Below the pieces are notes generated by a model. It made no database searches, had not been told where the DNA came from, and was given only the letters and a program-made list of their open reading frames with translations. From an uncultured Chloroflexia bacterium (lineage in GTDB: Bacteria; Chloroflexota; UBA6077; JACCZL01), in assembly GCA_963765765.1 (NCBI GenBank), contig CAVXYC010000015.1, positions 32,001-96,000 of the forward strand: DNA of 64,000 nt, read 5' to 3'. The translations under genes and the position numbers were made by a program. Of the stretch, positions 53,818 to 64,000 are shown in pieces (positions within the stretch are counted from its first letter, which is position 1; each line of letters begins with the position of its first letter).

Positions 53818-55100
53818 CTAAGCGGTGGATACCCGGGACGGCCGCCTGGGCTTCCCGACGACGATGTGAATCACCAGCCCCAGGAGCACGAATCCGGAGG
53901 TGATCAGGTACAGCAGCGTGAAATTGCCAGTGTTGTCCAGGAGTACAGCCAGGAGGAGCGGGACTGATGCCGCGGTGATGCCCTGCATGATGGAGCCAGT
54001 TCCCAGGATCGTGCCGAGGGCAGTGCGGCCAAAATACTCCGGCCACACCTGGAGCTGGAGCACCAGGTTGCCGCCGAGCGCTGTGCCCAGGATGGCCGCG
54101 GACACAAGCGCCCAGATCTCTCCCTGAGCAAAAGCCAGGGACATTGTGCCGCAGAACATGATGCTGCCCCAGACCACCAGGAGCCAGCGCACACTCTGGA
54201 GCCTCGCACTGACAGGAGCCCAAAGAAGAGGCGCGAGAGCACCTGCATCCCGCTCACCGCGCTGACTGCGAGTGCAGCGGTGGTTGCGGAAATACCGAGG
54301 TTCCCGAAGTACGAGAACATGAAGATAATCGAGACATTGGGACCGAGGAGCACCAGTGCCATACCCGCGGCGACCAGCCAGAAGGCTGGACTGCGAGTTG
54401 CCTCGCTGGCAGTCCAATCCTCACTTCGCGCAGCTTGAACCGCGGCCGACCTTCCGCCAGATGTTTCGGTGGCCGCGACAATCCTGGCTCCATCAGGCTG
54501 TAATCCCAGCTCATCAGGCTTCTGCCGACGGATGAGGAGCGCGGGCAGGAGACCGAAAATGAGTCCCTGTAGACCCATGGCGATCCAGCCGGCTCGCCAA
54601 CCAAGGGTTGCAACTATCACCGTAATCACGGGTGGGAGCAGAAAGTTCGAGCAAGGCGGCCCCATGGCCGCGATGCCATAGGCCGCGGAGCGCCGCTTGA
54701 TGAACCAGTTGCTGATCATGGTGCCCGGCACAACGCTCTGCAACCCTGAGCGTGCGACGCCTGTCAGGAAACCGAAAGTAAGGTAAAGCTGCCATGGCTC
54801 ATGCACGAGGCCAGCCCCAGCCATACCGACGAACATCACAAGCAGCGAGCAAATCAGAATGACGCGCGGTCCCCTGCGGTCCGCGACTCGACCAAGAACC
54901 GGCCCGGCCAGTGCCGAGGTGATCGACGTGATGCTCGAAGCGATGACGATGGTGCTCTGCGACCAGCCTAGCTCGCCGCTCATGGCGGGAAGAAATATTC
55001 CGAAGACGAACCCGCCCGTTCCAGCGCCGATGAATAGGCTGATAAACGCCATACAGACGATGTACCAACCGTAATATGGCTTTCGAAGGCGGGTGAGCAC
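53818..55100 (-). CDS. MFS transporter (indel ~54230)
   Basis: YYGWYIV, G.VADRRGPR, NWFIKRR, EYFGR, D.TGNF. Confidence 0.85.
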
Positions 55101-55199
55101 GATCCTCCAGAGTAGGTGGCAGGGAAGTGAGGGCAGCGTGGGCCGGAGCAATCATGATATCCCGGCAACTCCAGACCGGGGAGTCTATCAGCCGCTCTG

Positions 55200-55405
55200 G
55201 TAAGCGTTCAGAGTTGCGGGGACGATCCACGCACGATTGTCGTAGCACGGGGCTTGTCCTGGCTTGTCCCCTGTGCCTGGATATCGGGGCTGCGGATTTC
55301 GCGGTGTAGGGTCCCGAGCCTGGTGGCTGCCCCCGCTCCAGGACAGGACACAAGCCCCGCGCTACGACGAGCATAGCCGCGCTCTCCCTATTTCTGAACA
55401 GTTAC
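55200..55405. repeat. Family A MITE/REPIN-like element
   Basis: GTAAGCGTTCAG ... CTGAACAGTTAC ends; inner GTAGCACGGGGCTTGTCC / CAAGCCCCGCGCTAC. Confidence 0.8.
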
Positions 55406-55489
55406 GTACTCTGGAGCCGAGTCTGCATTTGAGAAAATCGGAGTAAGGACCAGCCGCTCTACCGGGAACATGCAGACCCCGCACGACCC

Positions 55490-55529
55490 TTTACATACCT
55501 AACACTGCCATGTATAGTGCTCCTATGTA
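55490..55529 (+). promoter_or_regulatory. Promoter with overlapping candidate PadR operator
   Basis: TTTACA-N17-TATAGT; TGTATAG-N5-CTATGTA imperfect IR over the -10. Confidence 0.55.
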
Positions 55530-55567
55530 TATTCCGATTCGAATAGACCCGCGGAACGTTTGAAACC

Positions 55568-55954
55568 ATGGAGATCAACAAGGACCTGATGGCTGCTTCC
55601 TCTTCCCCAATCGTCCTCGCGATCCTGGCTGAAGAGGACAGCTACGGCTACGCCATCCTCCAGCGCGTTCGGGAGTTGTCCGGGGAGCGCATGGAGTGGA
55701 CAGACGGGATGCTTTACCCGGTTCTTCATCGACTCGAGCGGCTCGGCCACGTTGAGGCCCGGTGGGAAGTTGCGGAGAGCGGCCGCCGTCGCAAGTACTA
55801 CCGGATCACGTCCAGGGGCCGGGCTCAGCTCGCGGAGGAACGCAGGCAGTGGGAAGCGGTGGACGCTACGCTCCGGGGGATCTGGCAGGCGCTCTCCCTT
55901 TCCGTCCCGCCCGGCCACCCGGCGGCAGTCACGCCACTGCCAGGGGGAGCCTGA
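55568..55954 (+). CDS. PadR family transcriptional regulator
   Basis: YGYAI, G.LYPVLHRLE, RRRKYYRIT..GR. Confidence 0.92.
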   Translation: MEINKDLMAASSSPIVLAILAEEDSYGYAILQRVRELSGERMEWTDGMLYPVLHRLERLGHVEARWEVAESGRRRKYYRITSRGRAQLAEERRQWEAVDATLRGIWQALSLSVPPGHPAAVTPLPGGA

Positions 55955-55957
55955 GCG

Positions 55958-57328
55958 ATGCCGGTTCCAGTTGACGCGGTATCGGTCGAGGAGCAGATCG
56001 AACAATGGCGTAGCTACCTTCGCCGCCGGCAGACGATCCACTCCGTAGATGTAGCGGAGCTGGAAGACCATCTTCGCGAGCAGATAGCGGTCATGGTTGA
56101 CGCGGGGCTCACCTCGGATGAAGCATTCCTGGTGGCAGTGAAGCGCATGGGCAACCTCGACGCCCTTTCACGGGAATTCGCTCACGAGCACTCGGACCGC
56201 CTCTGGAAGCAGCTCGTGATGGCCCCCTCGGTTTCCGGGGAGCCACGAGCGCGGGGCCGCACGGATGCCATCGTTGCCTTCGGTCTCGCGGTGGCGGCGG
56301 CCGTGCTCATCAAGGTGCCGGCGCTCTTTGGGATCTACTTGGACCAGGACGTGGGCTTCTACGCCCGCAATCTGAGTCTCTTCGTGCTGCCCCTCCTGAC
56401 CGGCTATCTCGCCTGGAAACGGCGGCTCGACGCCAGCACGCTCCGCTGGCTGGTCGTGGCGTTTGTCGCGGCGACTGTATTCGCCAACGTCTATCCCTTC
56501 GTCCGGGGCGGCTACACCGAGGCGCTTACGGCGCTGCACCTGCCGATCGCGCTCTGGCTGATAGTGGGCATCGCGTACGCCGGCGGCCGCTGGAGCCAGG
56601 TGGGCGGCCGCATGGACTTCATTCGATTCTCGGGCGAGCTGTTTATCTACTACGTCCTTATCGCCCTCGGCGGCGGCGTCCTTACGGCGTTCACGGCGAT
56701 GATGTTCCAGGCCATCGGAATCGACGTCGAGCCCTTCTTCCAGTCGTGGCTGCTGCCGTGCGGAGCGGTTGGGGCCGTCATGGTTGCCTCCTGGCTGGTG
56801 GAGGCCAAGCAAAGCGTGATCGAGAACATGGCGCCCGTGTTGACGCGCATCTTCACCCCCCTTTTCGCCATCATGCTGGTGACGTTTCTGGGTGCCGTGC
56901 TGTGGACTGGACGGGGAGTCGACATCGAGCGTAACGTGCTCATCGCCTTCGATCTGCTTCTGGTGGTGGTCCTTGGCCTTCTGCTGTATTCCGTCTCAGC
57001 CCGCGATCCTCAATCGCCCCCCGGTGCCTTCGATGTAGTGCAGGTCGTTCTGGTGGTCAGCGCGTTGTTGGCCGACGCGGTAGCGCTGTCGGCCATCGCC
57101 GCGCGCATCACCGAGTTCGGCTTCAGCCCGAACCGCGTGGCCGCCCTGGGTGAGAACATCATTCTCCTGATCAATCTGGCGTGGTCCGCGGTGCTCTACA
57201 TACGCTTCCTGAGAGGACACGAATCGTTCTCGCGCCTCGAGCGGTGGCAGACGGACTACCTGCCGGTCTATGCGGTGTGGGCGGCGATCGTGGTGATCAT
57301 CTTTCCGCCCGTGTTCGGATACATCTGA
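55958..57328 (+). CDS. Permease-prefix-domain membrane protein
   Basis: ELEDHL...EAF..AVKRMG..L..EF prefix plus about 11 TM segments. Confidence 0.75.
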   Translation: MPVPVDAVSVEEQIEQWRSYLRRRQTIHSVDVAELEDHLREQIAVMVDAGLTSDEAFLVAVKRMGNLDALSREFAHEHSDRLWKQLVMAPSVSGEPRARGRTDAIVAFGLAVAAAVLIKVPALFGIYLDQDVGFYARNLSLFVLPLLTGYLAWKRRLDASTLRWLVVAFVAATVFANVYPFVRGGYTEALTALHLPIALWLIVGIAYAGGRWSQVGGRMDFIRFSGELFIYYVLIALGGGVLTAFTAMMFQAIGIDVEPFFQSWLLPCGAVGAVMVASWLVEAKQSVIENMAPVLTRIFTPLFAIMLVTFLGAVLWTGRGVDIERNVLIAFDLLLVVVLGLLLYSVSARDPQSPPGAFDVVQVVLVVSALLADAVALSAIAARITEFGFSPNRVAALGENIILLINLAWSAVLYIRFLRGHESFSRLERWQTDYLPVYAVWAAIVVIIFPPVFGYI

Positions 57329-57488
57329 CAGGGTGGCGCCATACCCGTTCTCCGCACCGGCCCGCGCGGCTAGCACCGCAGCCGCGATGGAGACGGAGAC
57401 TTATTGGTGCACATTTCCCAAGTAGTTCATCAGGAAGGGGCCCTGGCGAGCCCCTTCCATAGATTCCATGTGGAATTCGTCATGCTCA

Positions 57489-58609
<1,121 letters not shown>

Positions 58610-58694
58610 ACGGTGTGATCGTGGCCTCTATGGCTCGGCTCGTGCTGTAGTTGGCGTTGACTGATGGAGCTGTCGTGGATGTGTCTGGGGTCGG

Positions 58695-59455
58695 TCATGC
58701 CGCGACTCCTTCCTGGTGGGCAATAGTGGTGGGTTCATTGACATCGGTCGGTTCGGCAGGTTGCGTGCTGCCCATGCCGTGCTTCAGGCCGTTGGCGACG
58801 AGCCATACGTTGACCGGGTAGTGCGACGAAGAAGCCGACGATGATGCCGACCGACATGGTCGCCCAGTACAGGAGCTGCGGTGGGCTCCATGGCGCGCAT
58901 GTCGCGGCCCATCATCAGGACCACCATGACCGGGAACATCCCGGCCATCATGGCGTTCATCGACAGCCACTCCGGCAGGAAGGAATCTCGCAGCGGCGCC
59001 GAGGTAGGAGCCGCCCATCATGTCCTTCATGAACAGCGCCTGGAAGATCAGCAGCCCGAAAATGAAGCCCGCCGCGTACTCGGTGGCCAGGTCGATCCAC
59101 ATCGGAAGTCCCAGCAGCGCGGTCACCGTGGCCGCCAGGATGATCCCCGTGGCGTCGCCCGCCACACAGTGGATGGTGGAGCCCACGGCCTGCTTCCAGA
59201 GCGGCCGAATGAACGCGCGTGGGTGCCGGGGCGGGGCTCCTTGTCGGAAAAGACGTACAGGGCCGCGGCGATGGGGCCCATGTACAGGGTGACCAGCACC
59301 CAGCCCCATTTCATCACCGCGAAGTCAGGGTTGCCCCGGACGAAGGTGTCCCAGGCCACGTAGGCTACGGACGCCGCGGTGAGGGCGAACCAGCCCAGGA
59401 GCACCACGTCGATCCAGGCCAGCGGCCCGAGAACGGGAAGAACGAAATCGGTCAT
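58695..59455 (-). CDS. DUF4396-like membrane protein (frameshifted)
   Basis: MKWGW, STIHCVAGDATG, FQALFM, YPVN.WLV..GLKHGM. Confidence 0.75.
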
Positions 59456-59506
59456 CAGCGCCTCCGAATGTGAACTGCTGCAAGCCGGTGCTTGCTTCAC
59501 ACTCGC

Positions 59507-59534
59507 AGACGCGCCACCTCGTGCCGGTTACACC
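59507..59534 (-). promoter_or_regulatory. Candidate ECF promoter for DUF4396-MCO
   Basis: GGTGTAACC-N13-GCGTCT, same architecture as 60149-60176. Confidence 0.7.
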
Positions 59535-59564
59535 TGCGCCGACGTCGAATCCAGGCCGACGTTT

Positions 59565-60127
59565 CTAGCTCTTCTGGCAGGTGCAATCCAGGCAGCCGTG
59601 CTCGGCACAGGCACGGCAGGTATCCAGGAGTCGGCTGCGCAGCGCCTGCCGCGCGCGGTGCCGTCGAACTTTAAGATTGTTCGGGGTTATGCCCAGACGC
59701 TGCGCGGTGACCTCTGTCGACTCACCCCGCAGCTCCATCCCGCTGATGAGGTCGGCGTAGTCAGCTTTGAGCGTCGGAACTAGCGCCTCGAAGCAGCCGC
59801 AGAGTACGCGCTCAGCCTCATCATCCGACTCCAGAGCGGGCTCAACGTCACCAAGGGGAGCGAAGTGGCGCCGCTCCACGTCCCGGCGACGGTACGCGTC
59901 GACGATGGCGTTGCGCAGGATCGAATAGAACCAGGAGACGAGGCGGTCCTCGTCGCGCAGCTCCGCGCCGAACGAACGGCGCGGAGGAGCCCGTCCTGGA
60001 GGATGTCTTCGGCCAACTCTGGATCGCTCACCTGCCGCCGGATGTACGCGAGAAATCGCCCCCGGGCTTCGAGGAGCTGGTGCGCGAGGATATCAGACGG
60101 CTCGTGTTCGTGAGCGTGGCTGTGCAC
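59565..60127 (-). CDS. CorE-like Cys-rich ECF sigma factor (indel ~59965)
   Basis: AEDILQD, WFYSILRNA, CGC linker, VR.HRAR, C-terminal CRACAEHGCLDCTC; N-terminal HSHAHEHE. Confidence 0.82.
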
Positions 60128-60148
60128 GCTTTTCCTCCTTTTCGGGCG

Positions 60149-60176
60149 GGTGTAACCTAGGCGCAATTGTGCGTCT
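60149..60176 (+). promoter_or_regulatory. Candidate ECF promoter for the ceramidase-like gene
   Basis: GGTGTAACC-N13-GCGTCT. Confidence 0.7.
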
Positions 60177-60239
60177 CTCGGAGTGCGCGGGTCGACCGAG
60201 ACGAGTCGATCCACGCCAGACCATTCGGAGGGTACGACG

Positions 60240-60897
60240 ATGGAAGCCTACATGGATGCCTACTGCGAGCGGACCGCTCCGGGCCTGCTCAAGGAGCCGC
60301 TGAATGCGATCACCAACTCGTCGTTTCTGATCGCCGCTTGGGCGGCCTGGTTCCTGGCCCACCGCTTGGGGCCGCCTGTCGCCGGGTGTACTGACCCTGA
60401 TCTGGCTCGCCGTCGTCCGTCGGCATCGGGAGCTGTCCTTTGGCACACGCTTCCCGACGGCGTGGACGTTGATCCTCGACATCATCCCGATCCTCATCTT
60501 CCTGGTCTGGTTCTTCTGGCTCTACATGCGAAGCGTCGCGGGATGCCGACTCCGTTGGTGATGGCGGCGATCGTCGTGTTCGTCGTGGCATCCGCCCTGG
60601 CCCAGCGATTCGGCGGCGTCCTGCACGGCGCCCTCTACTACACACCTGCGCTCATCTTCCTGCTGGTGCTCGGGGTGTACCACGCTCGGGAGCGGGCAAC
60701 CGGCCCGCTACACGCTGCTCGCGGCGGCCGGTGTGTACTTCCTCGCGCTCGTCTTCCGCACGATGGACCTGGAGGTCTGCTCGGCCTTCCCCATCGGAAC
60801 GCATTTTCTCTGGCACAGCTTGAACGGCCTGGCCGCCTACCTGGCGATGCGCTGCCTTATTCTCAACGTGTCGTCACGAGTTGGAGTCGCGGCGTGA
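60240..60897 (+). CDS. Ceramidase-domain (CREST-like) membrane protein (frameshifted)
   Basis: D.YCER...EPLNA.TN, LWHT, D.IP, RT.D..C, GTHFLWH..NG. Confidence 0.75.
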
Positions 60898-60943
60898 GCC
60901 CCTTCTGGCGGCGAGACGCGCAGTATCGGAACGGGGCGACTCG

Positions 60944-62007
60944 TCAGGTCCGGCGCTGCTTCGCCGCCAGCATGCCTGTAACGGCCGCCTCGGCCAGCGG
61001 ACGGCGGCCTCCTCCGGCATGGGAGAGACCGAGCTGACATTGATCTCGCAGAGCACGTACGTATCCTCGCCCGACTCGGTCTTCGGGCCCAGCAAGAAAT
61101 CCGCGTCCCAGATCACTGGGAGAGATTCCCGTTCGATTCCGAGAGCGCGCTGCATCTGGAACACCCAGTCGCTTTCAAGCACAGTCTTGAGCTGCTGAAA
61201 CTCCGATTTCTCGGGGCCATAGTAAGTGCGCGGTGATGGATTGGGAACATGGTCTCGCGGGGCGGAGGGCGGGAGCAATGCCGTGACAAACTGGTGCCCG
61301 AACCCAACCACCCGGTCGCAGGACAGGTAGCAGCGAACCATCCCGTCCCCCAGCCGCGATTGGTACGGCTGGTCGACCATGTGGCCAGTATCCGCAAAGT
61401 ATGGGCGGCACACATCGAGGAACTCGCTGAAGAGCATCTGATCCATCCGGCTGCCGCGCGTCCCATGCTGCACACGGACGATCGCCTCATTCCCTATCGA
61501 CGCGTCGTTCACCACCGCTACCTTCCAAACACCGTTCCCGCCGTTTCCTCGGTGCTGCTTCAACACGCGTGCTCCGCTGGAGCGCAGACGGTCGGGGAGC
61601 TGCTGGCGAAGCTGATGCAGGCTCCGGTACACGTGCGTGTCCGTGCCCCAGGGAAGGTGGCGCGTATCATACAGGACATCCTTCGTCCCCATCTTCAGGA
61701 TGACGTCCGGATGGGCGCTCACGAAGACCCCTTGTGACGCGATCTCACGCAACATCGGATCCAGCACTGATCGGTCTCGCCCGTCAGTGATGGGATCAAC
61801 CCATACAAGCACAGCATCCAACATGAGCAACCGCGCGCGGACGGCGTCGGCGGCTTCCTCCGCGAAATGGAGGAGCTCCACTGTCACGGCCTGGGAGACG
61901 AGTGCCTGGTAGACCGCCCGGAACCTCGTCTCGGGAAGTTCAGGCGTGGCGCCGGTGGGGTCGCCGCGTTGGAGGATCCCGATCCGGCCGATGCCTCTAT
62001 CATTCAT
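60944..62007 (-). CDS. Cj0069-family ATP-grasp-like protein
   Basis: VLVWVDP, SAHPDVI.KMGTK, VLKQ.RGNGG.GVW, WDADF, LCEINVS.V. Confidence 0.75.
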
Positions 62008-62144
62008 CTTGAGCGCACCTCCACCTTCTGTTCTCTCGCCATTGGCCTGCGGCTGAGCGAATTGACTAACCTGCGCCGGCGTGATGTCGATAGTACATGC
62101 GCAGATACTCGTGCCGTCTTCCTGAGTTCGGTCACTCAAGCCGC

Positions 62145-62395
62145 TTATGAAATTCTGCCGAGCAGCGGCCACAGAACGAGCCCGAGGATTCCCGCCACAG
62201 TAACCAGCATGGGCCCTGTTAGCTTGAACCGGACCGGCAGGCCAAGGCTCACCAGAGCGATCAGAGCCGTGGGCAGGTCCACCAGCGCGCGCTGTCCCAG
62301 GACCACGACTGCGCCCGCGATTGCGCCGGTTGCCGCAGCGGTGGCTCCGTCGACGAGCGCTTTGAGCTGCGGATTCTCACGTAACTACTGCTGCA
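62145..62395 (-). pseudogene. chrA: C-terminal fragment of chromate transporter
   Basis: RENPQLKALVDGATAAATGAIAGA...VD...RFK...GILG. Confidence 0.65.
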
Positions 62396-63569
62396 CTGAG
62401 GTTCCGCGCAATCAACTCCTCCGCCTAGACGATCGGAGCTGGGGCAGAACCCGGGGCACGACCCTCTAATGGTCGGTGTCGACTGACTCCCAGAGCTTCC
62501 GTACTTCCGCCACGATTGTCGAAGCCTGCCGATGCCCCGCTTCCGCCGACGGCCGCATCCGACTCAGGTCCTGGGGATCCGATCCACGTTGCTGTGGCAC
62601 CACTTGTGCTGTTCTATGCACTTCTGCACCCCGGCGCAATGTCGGGCTTGCGAGGTGACCGATGGATTGGACTGCCCTGGATACTCTGGCCGACCGTCTC
62701 CGCTGGCAGCTCCGGTGTCACGCCTTCGACGACGTCGGGGCGATCGCCCTGGACCACGAGCATGCGCTCGCCGCCGAGCTGGCGGCGCGGGTCACGCTGG
62801 CCGACATCGAGTACGAGCGCGCGTCGGCCTGTTTCGCGGGCGCGGAGATGGAGCTCGCGCCGCGCCGCCGCGTGCTCGCCGCCACGGTGTGCCGGCTCCT
62901 GGAATTGGCCCGGGCAGGGCGCACATCAACACCGGTCTGGTGACTCGCCATGACGCAATCCAGCGGTGGCAGCGAGGCGAGGACATCAAAACGCTCGCCA
63001 TGCTCGGCGGGACGCTCGGCATTACAGTCAGTGAACGCCATTTTGTCGGGAACCCTGCTATATAGGTCGCGCCTGGTGTCGCGTGCTCCCCCCTGCTCGG
63101 GCTCGTTGGAGCACCTCCACTCGTTGCTGCCGATGTTGCCATACTGTTCGGCGTTATTGATCGGAACTCAGCTTTGACAGCGATCACTCCCGATAGCGCT
63201 ACGGGAGTTTTCTTTGGGCATTGGCTTACTGTCAAGGGATTTAACCCTGAAGCTTTAGACTCATTAGAAACTAAAAAGTAGAAGTACCTAAAAGTCCGAT
63301 TGTATGTACCGTAGAAAAATCAACTTAACTCAAATACTTTATTTAGGTATCAATCTAAAATAAATGGAACGTCAGTTCCGGGTCCTGCGCGATGGCCCTG
63401 CACGCCGGGTATCGCCGTGTTAGTCTGTACGGCGGACGGAGCCATCGTTCACTGGGTAGACGAGCTCGGATCACGCACTGCCGTGTTCCTGAAGCCATTC
63501 GGACTGGAGGACGCGCTGTCCACATTCCGGGCGCCATGCTCTGAAGGCCGAAGCGCGCAACGCCGGTCA

Positions 63570-63902
63570 GTAAACCGGTGGCACGTAGAAATGCCAGGGC
63601 TCCTGGACCAGCCCTGCGCCCGCCATCCCCAGAAACATCAACAGCAGCGAGCCGATGAGGATGAGGCGCGAACCTCTGCGATCCGCGCCTCGGCCGAGGG
63701 CGGGACCCACGAATGCAGACGTGACAGAGGCGATGCTGGAAGCGACAACGATGGTGATCTGCGACCAGCCCAGCTCGGCGCTCATGGCCGGCAGGAAGAT
63801 GCCGAAGACGTATCCAGCAGTTCCCTGGCCCACGAACAAGCTGATGAACGCCATGCCCACGACGTACCAGCCGTAGTATGGCTTTCGAAAGCGGATGAGC
63901 AG
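63570..63902 (-). pseudogene. 5' fragment of an MFS paralog of 53818-55100
   Basis: KPYYGWYVV..AFISLF..FGIFLPAMS.ELGWSQ..DRRG; similarity degrades and ends at about 63520-63570. Confidence 0.7.
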
Positions 63903-64000
63903 GGTCCTCCGTGGTCACGTTGCGAGAGCAGCGCGGGCTGGAGAGAGTCATAATATCTTTCCTGCACGGGGAGCCGTGGAGCGCACCCAGAGTCAGCGGG

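Overview
High-GC bacterial window, most consistent with a Chloroflexota-type genome (inference from Pro/Ala-linker lipoprotein SBPs and paralogous Rieske, LLM, amidohydrolase and MFS genes). More than 20 ordinary genes carry single-base frameshifts, which points to an unpolished long-read assembly; I treat these as genes, not pseudogenes. Content: catabolic and transport genes (two D-aminoacylase-like amidohydrolases, two phthalate/LigXa-type Rieske oxygenases, an OphB-like dehydrogenase, GMC, SDR, LLMs, several SBPs and MFSs), hflKC, a complete ISKra4-type IS with a 9-bp TSD, an IS110 remnant, a tRNA-Pro 3' half, and at least five REP/MITE-like palindrome families. Main candidates: (1) 18.4-27.2 kb, two secreted Thr-rich 10-aa-repeat proteins sharing a TF[ST]C-x10-C cap, next to a PMT-type O-mannosyltransferase and a YfhO GT-C; (2) 57.5-60.9 kb, a Cys-rich CorE-like ECF sigma flanked by two promoters of identical architecture (GGTGTAACC-N13-GCGTCT) pointing at a DUF4396/multicopper oxidase pair and a ceramidase-like gene; (3) a promoter-hairpin-terminator leader before hflKC; (4) both IS elements lying inside REP-like palindromes; (5) a lower-GC HEPN-motif islet. 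No rRNA, intact tRNA or CRISPR array was seen. All family calls come from motif recognition, not database searches.
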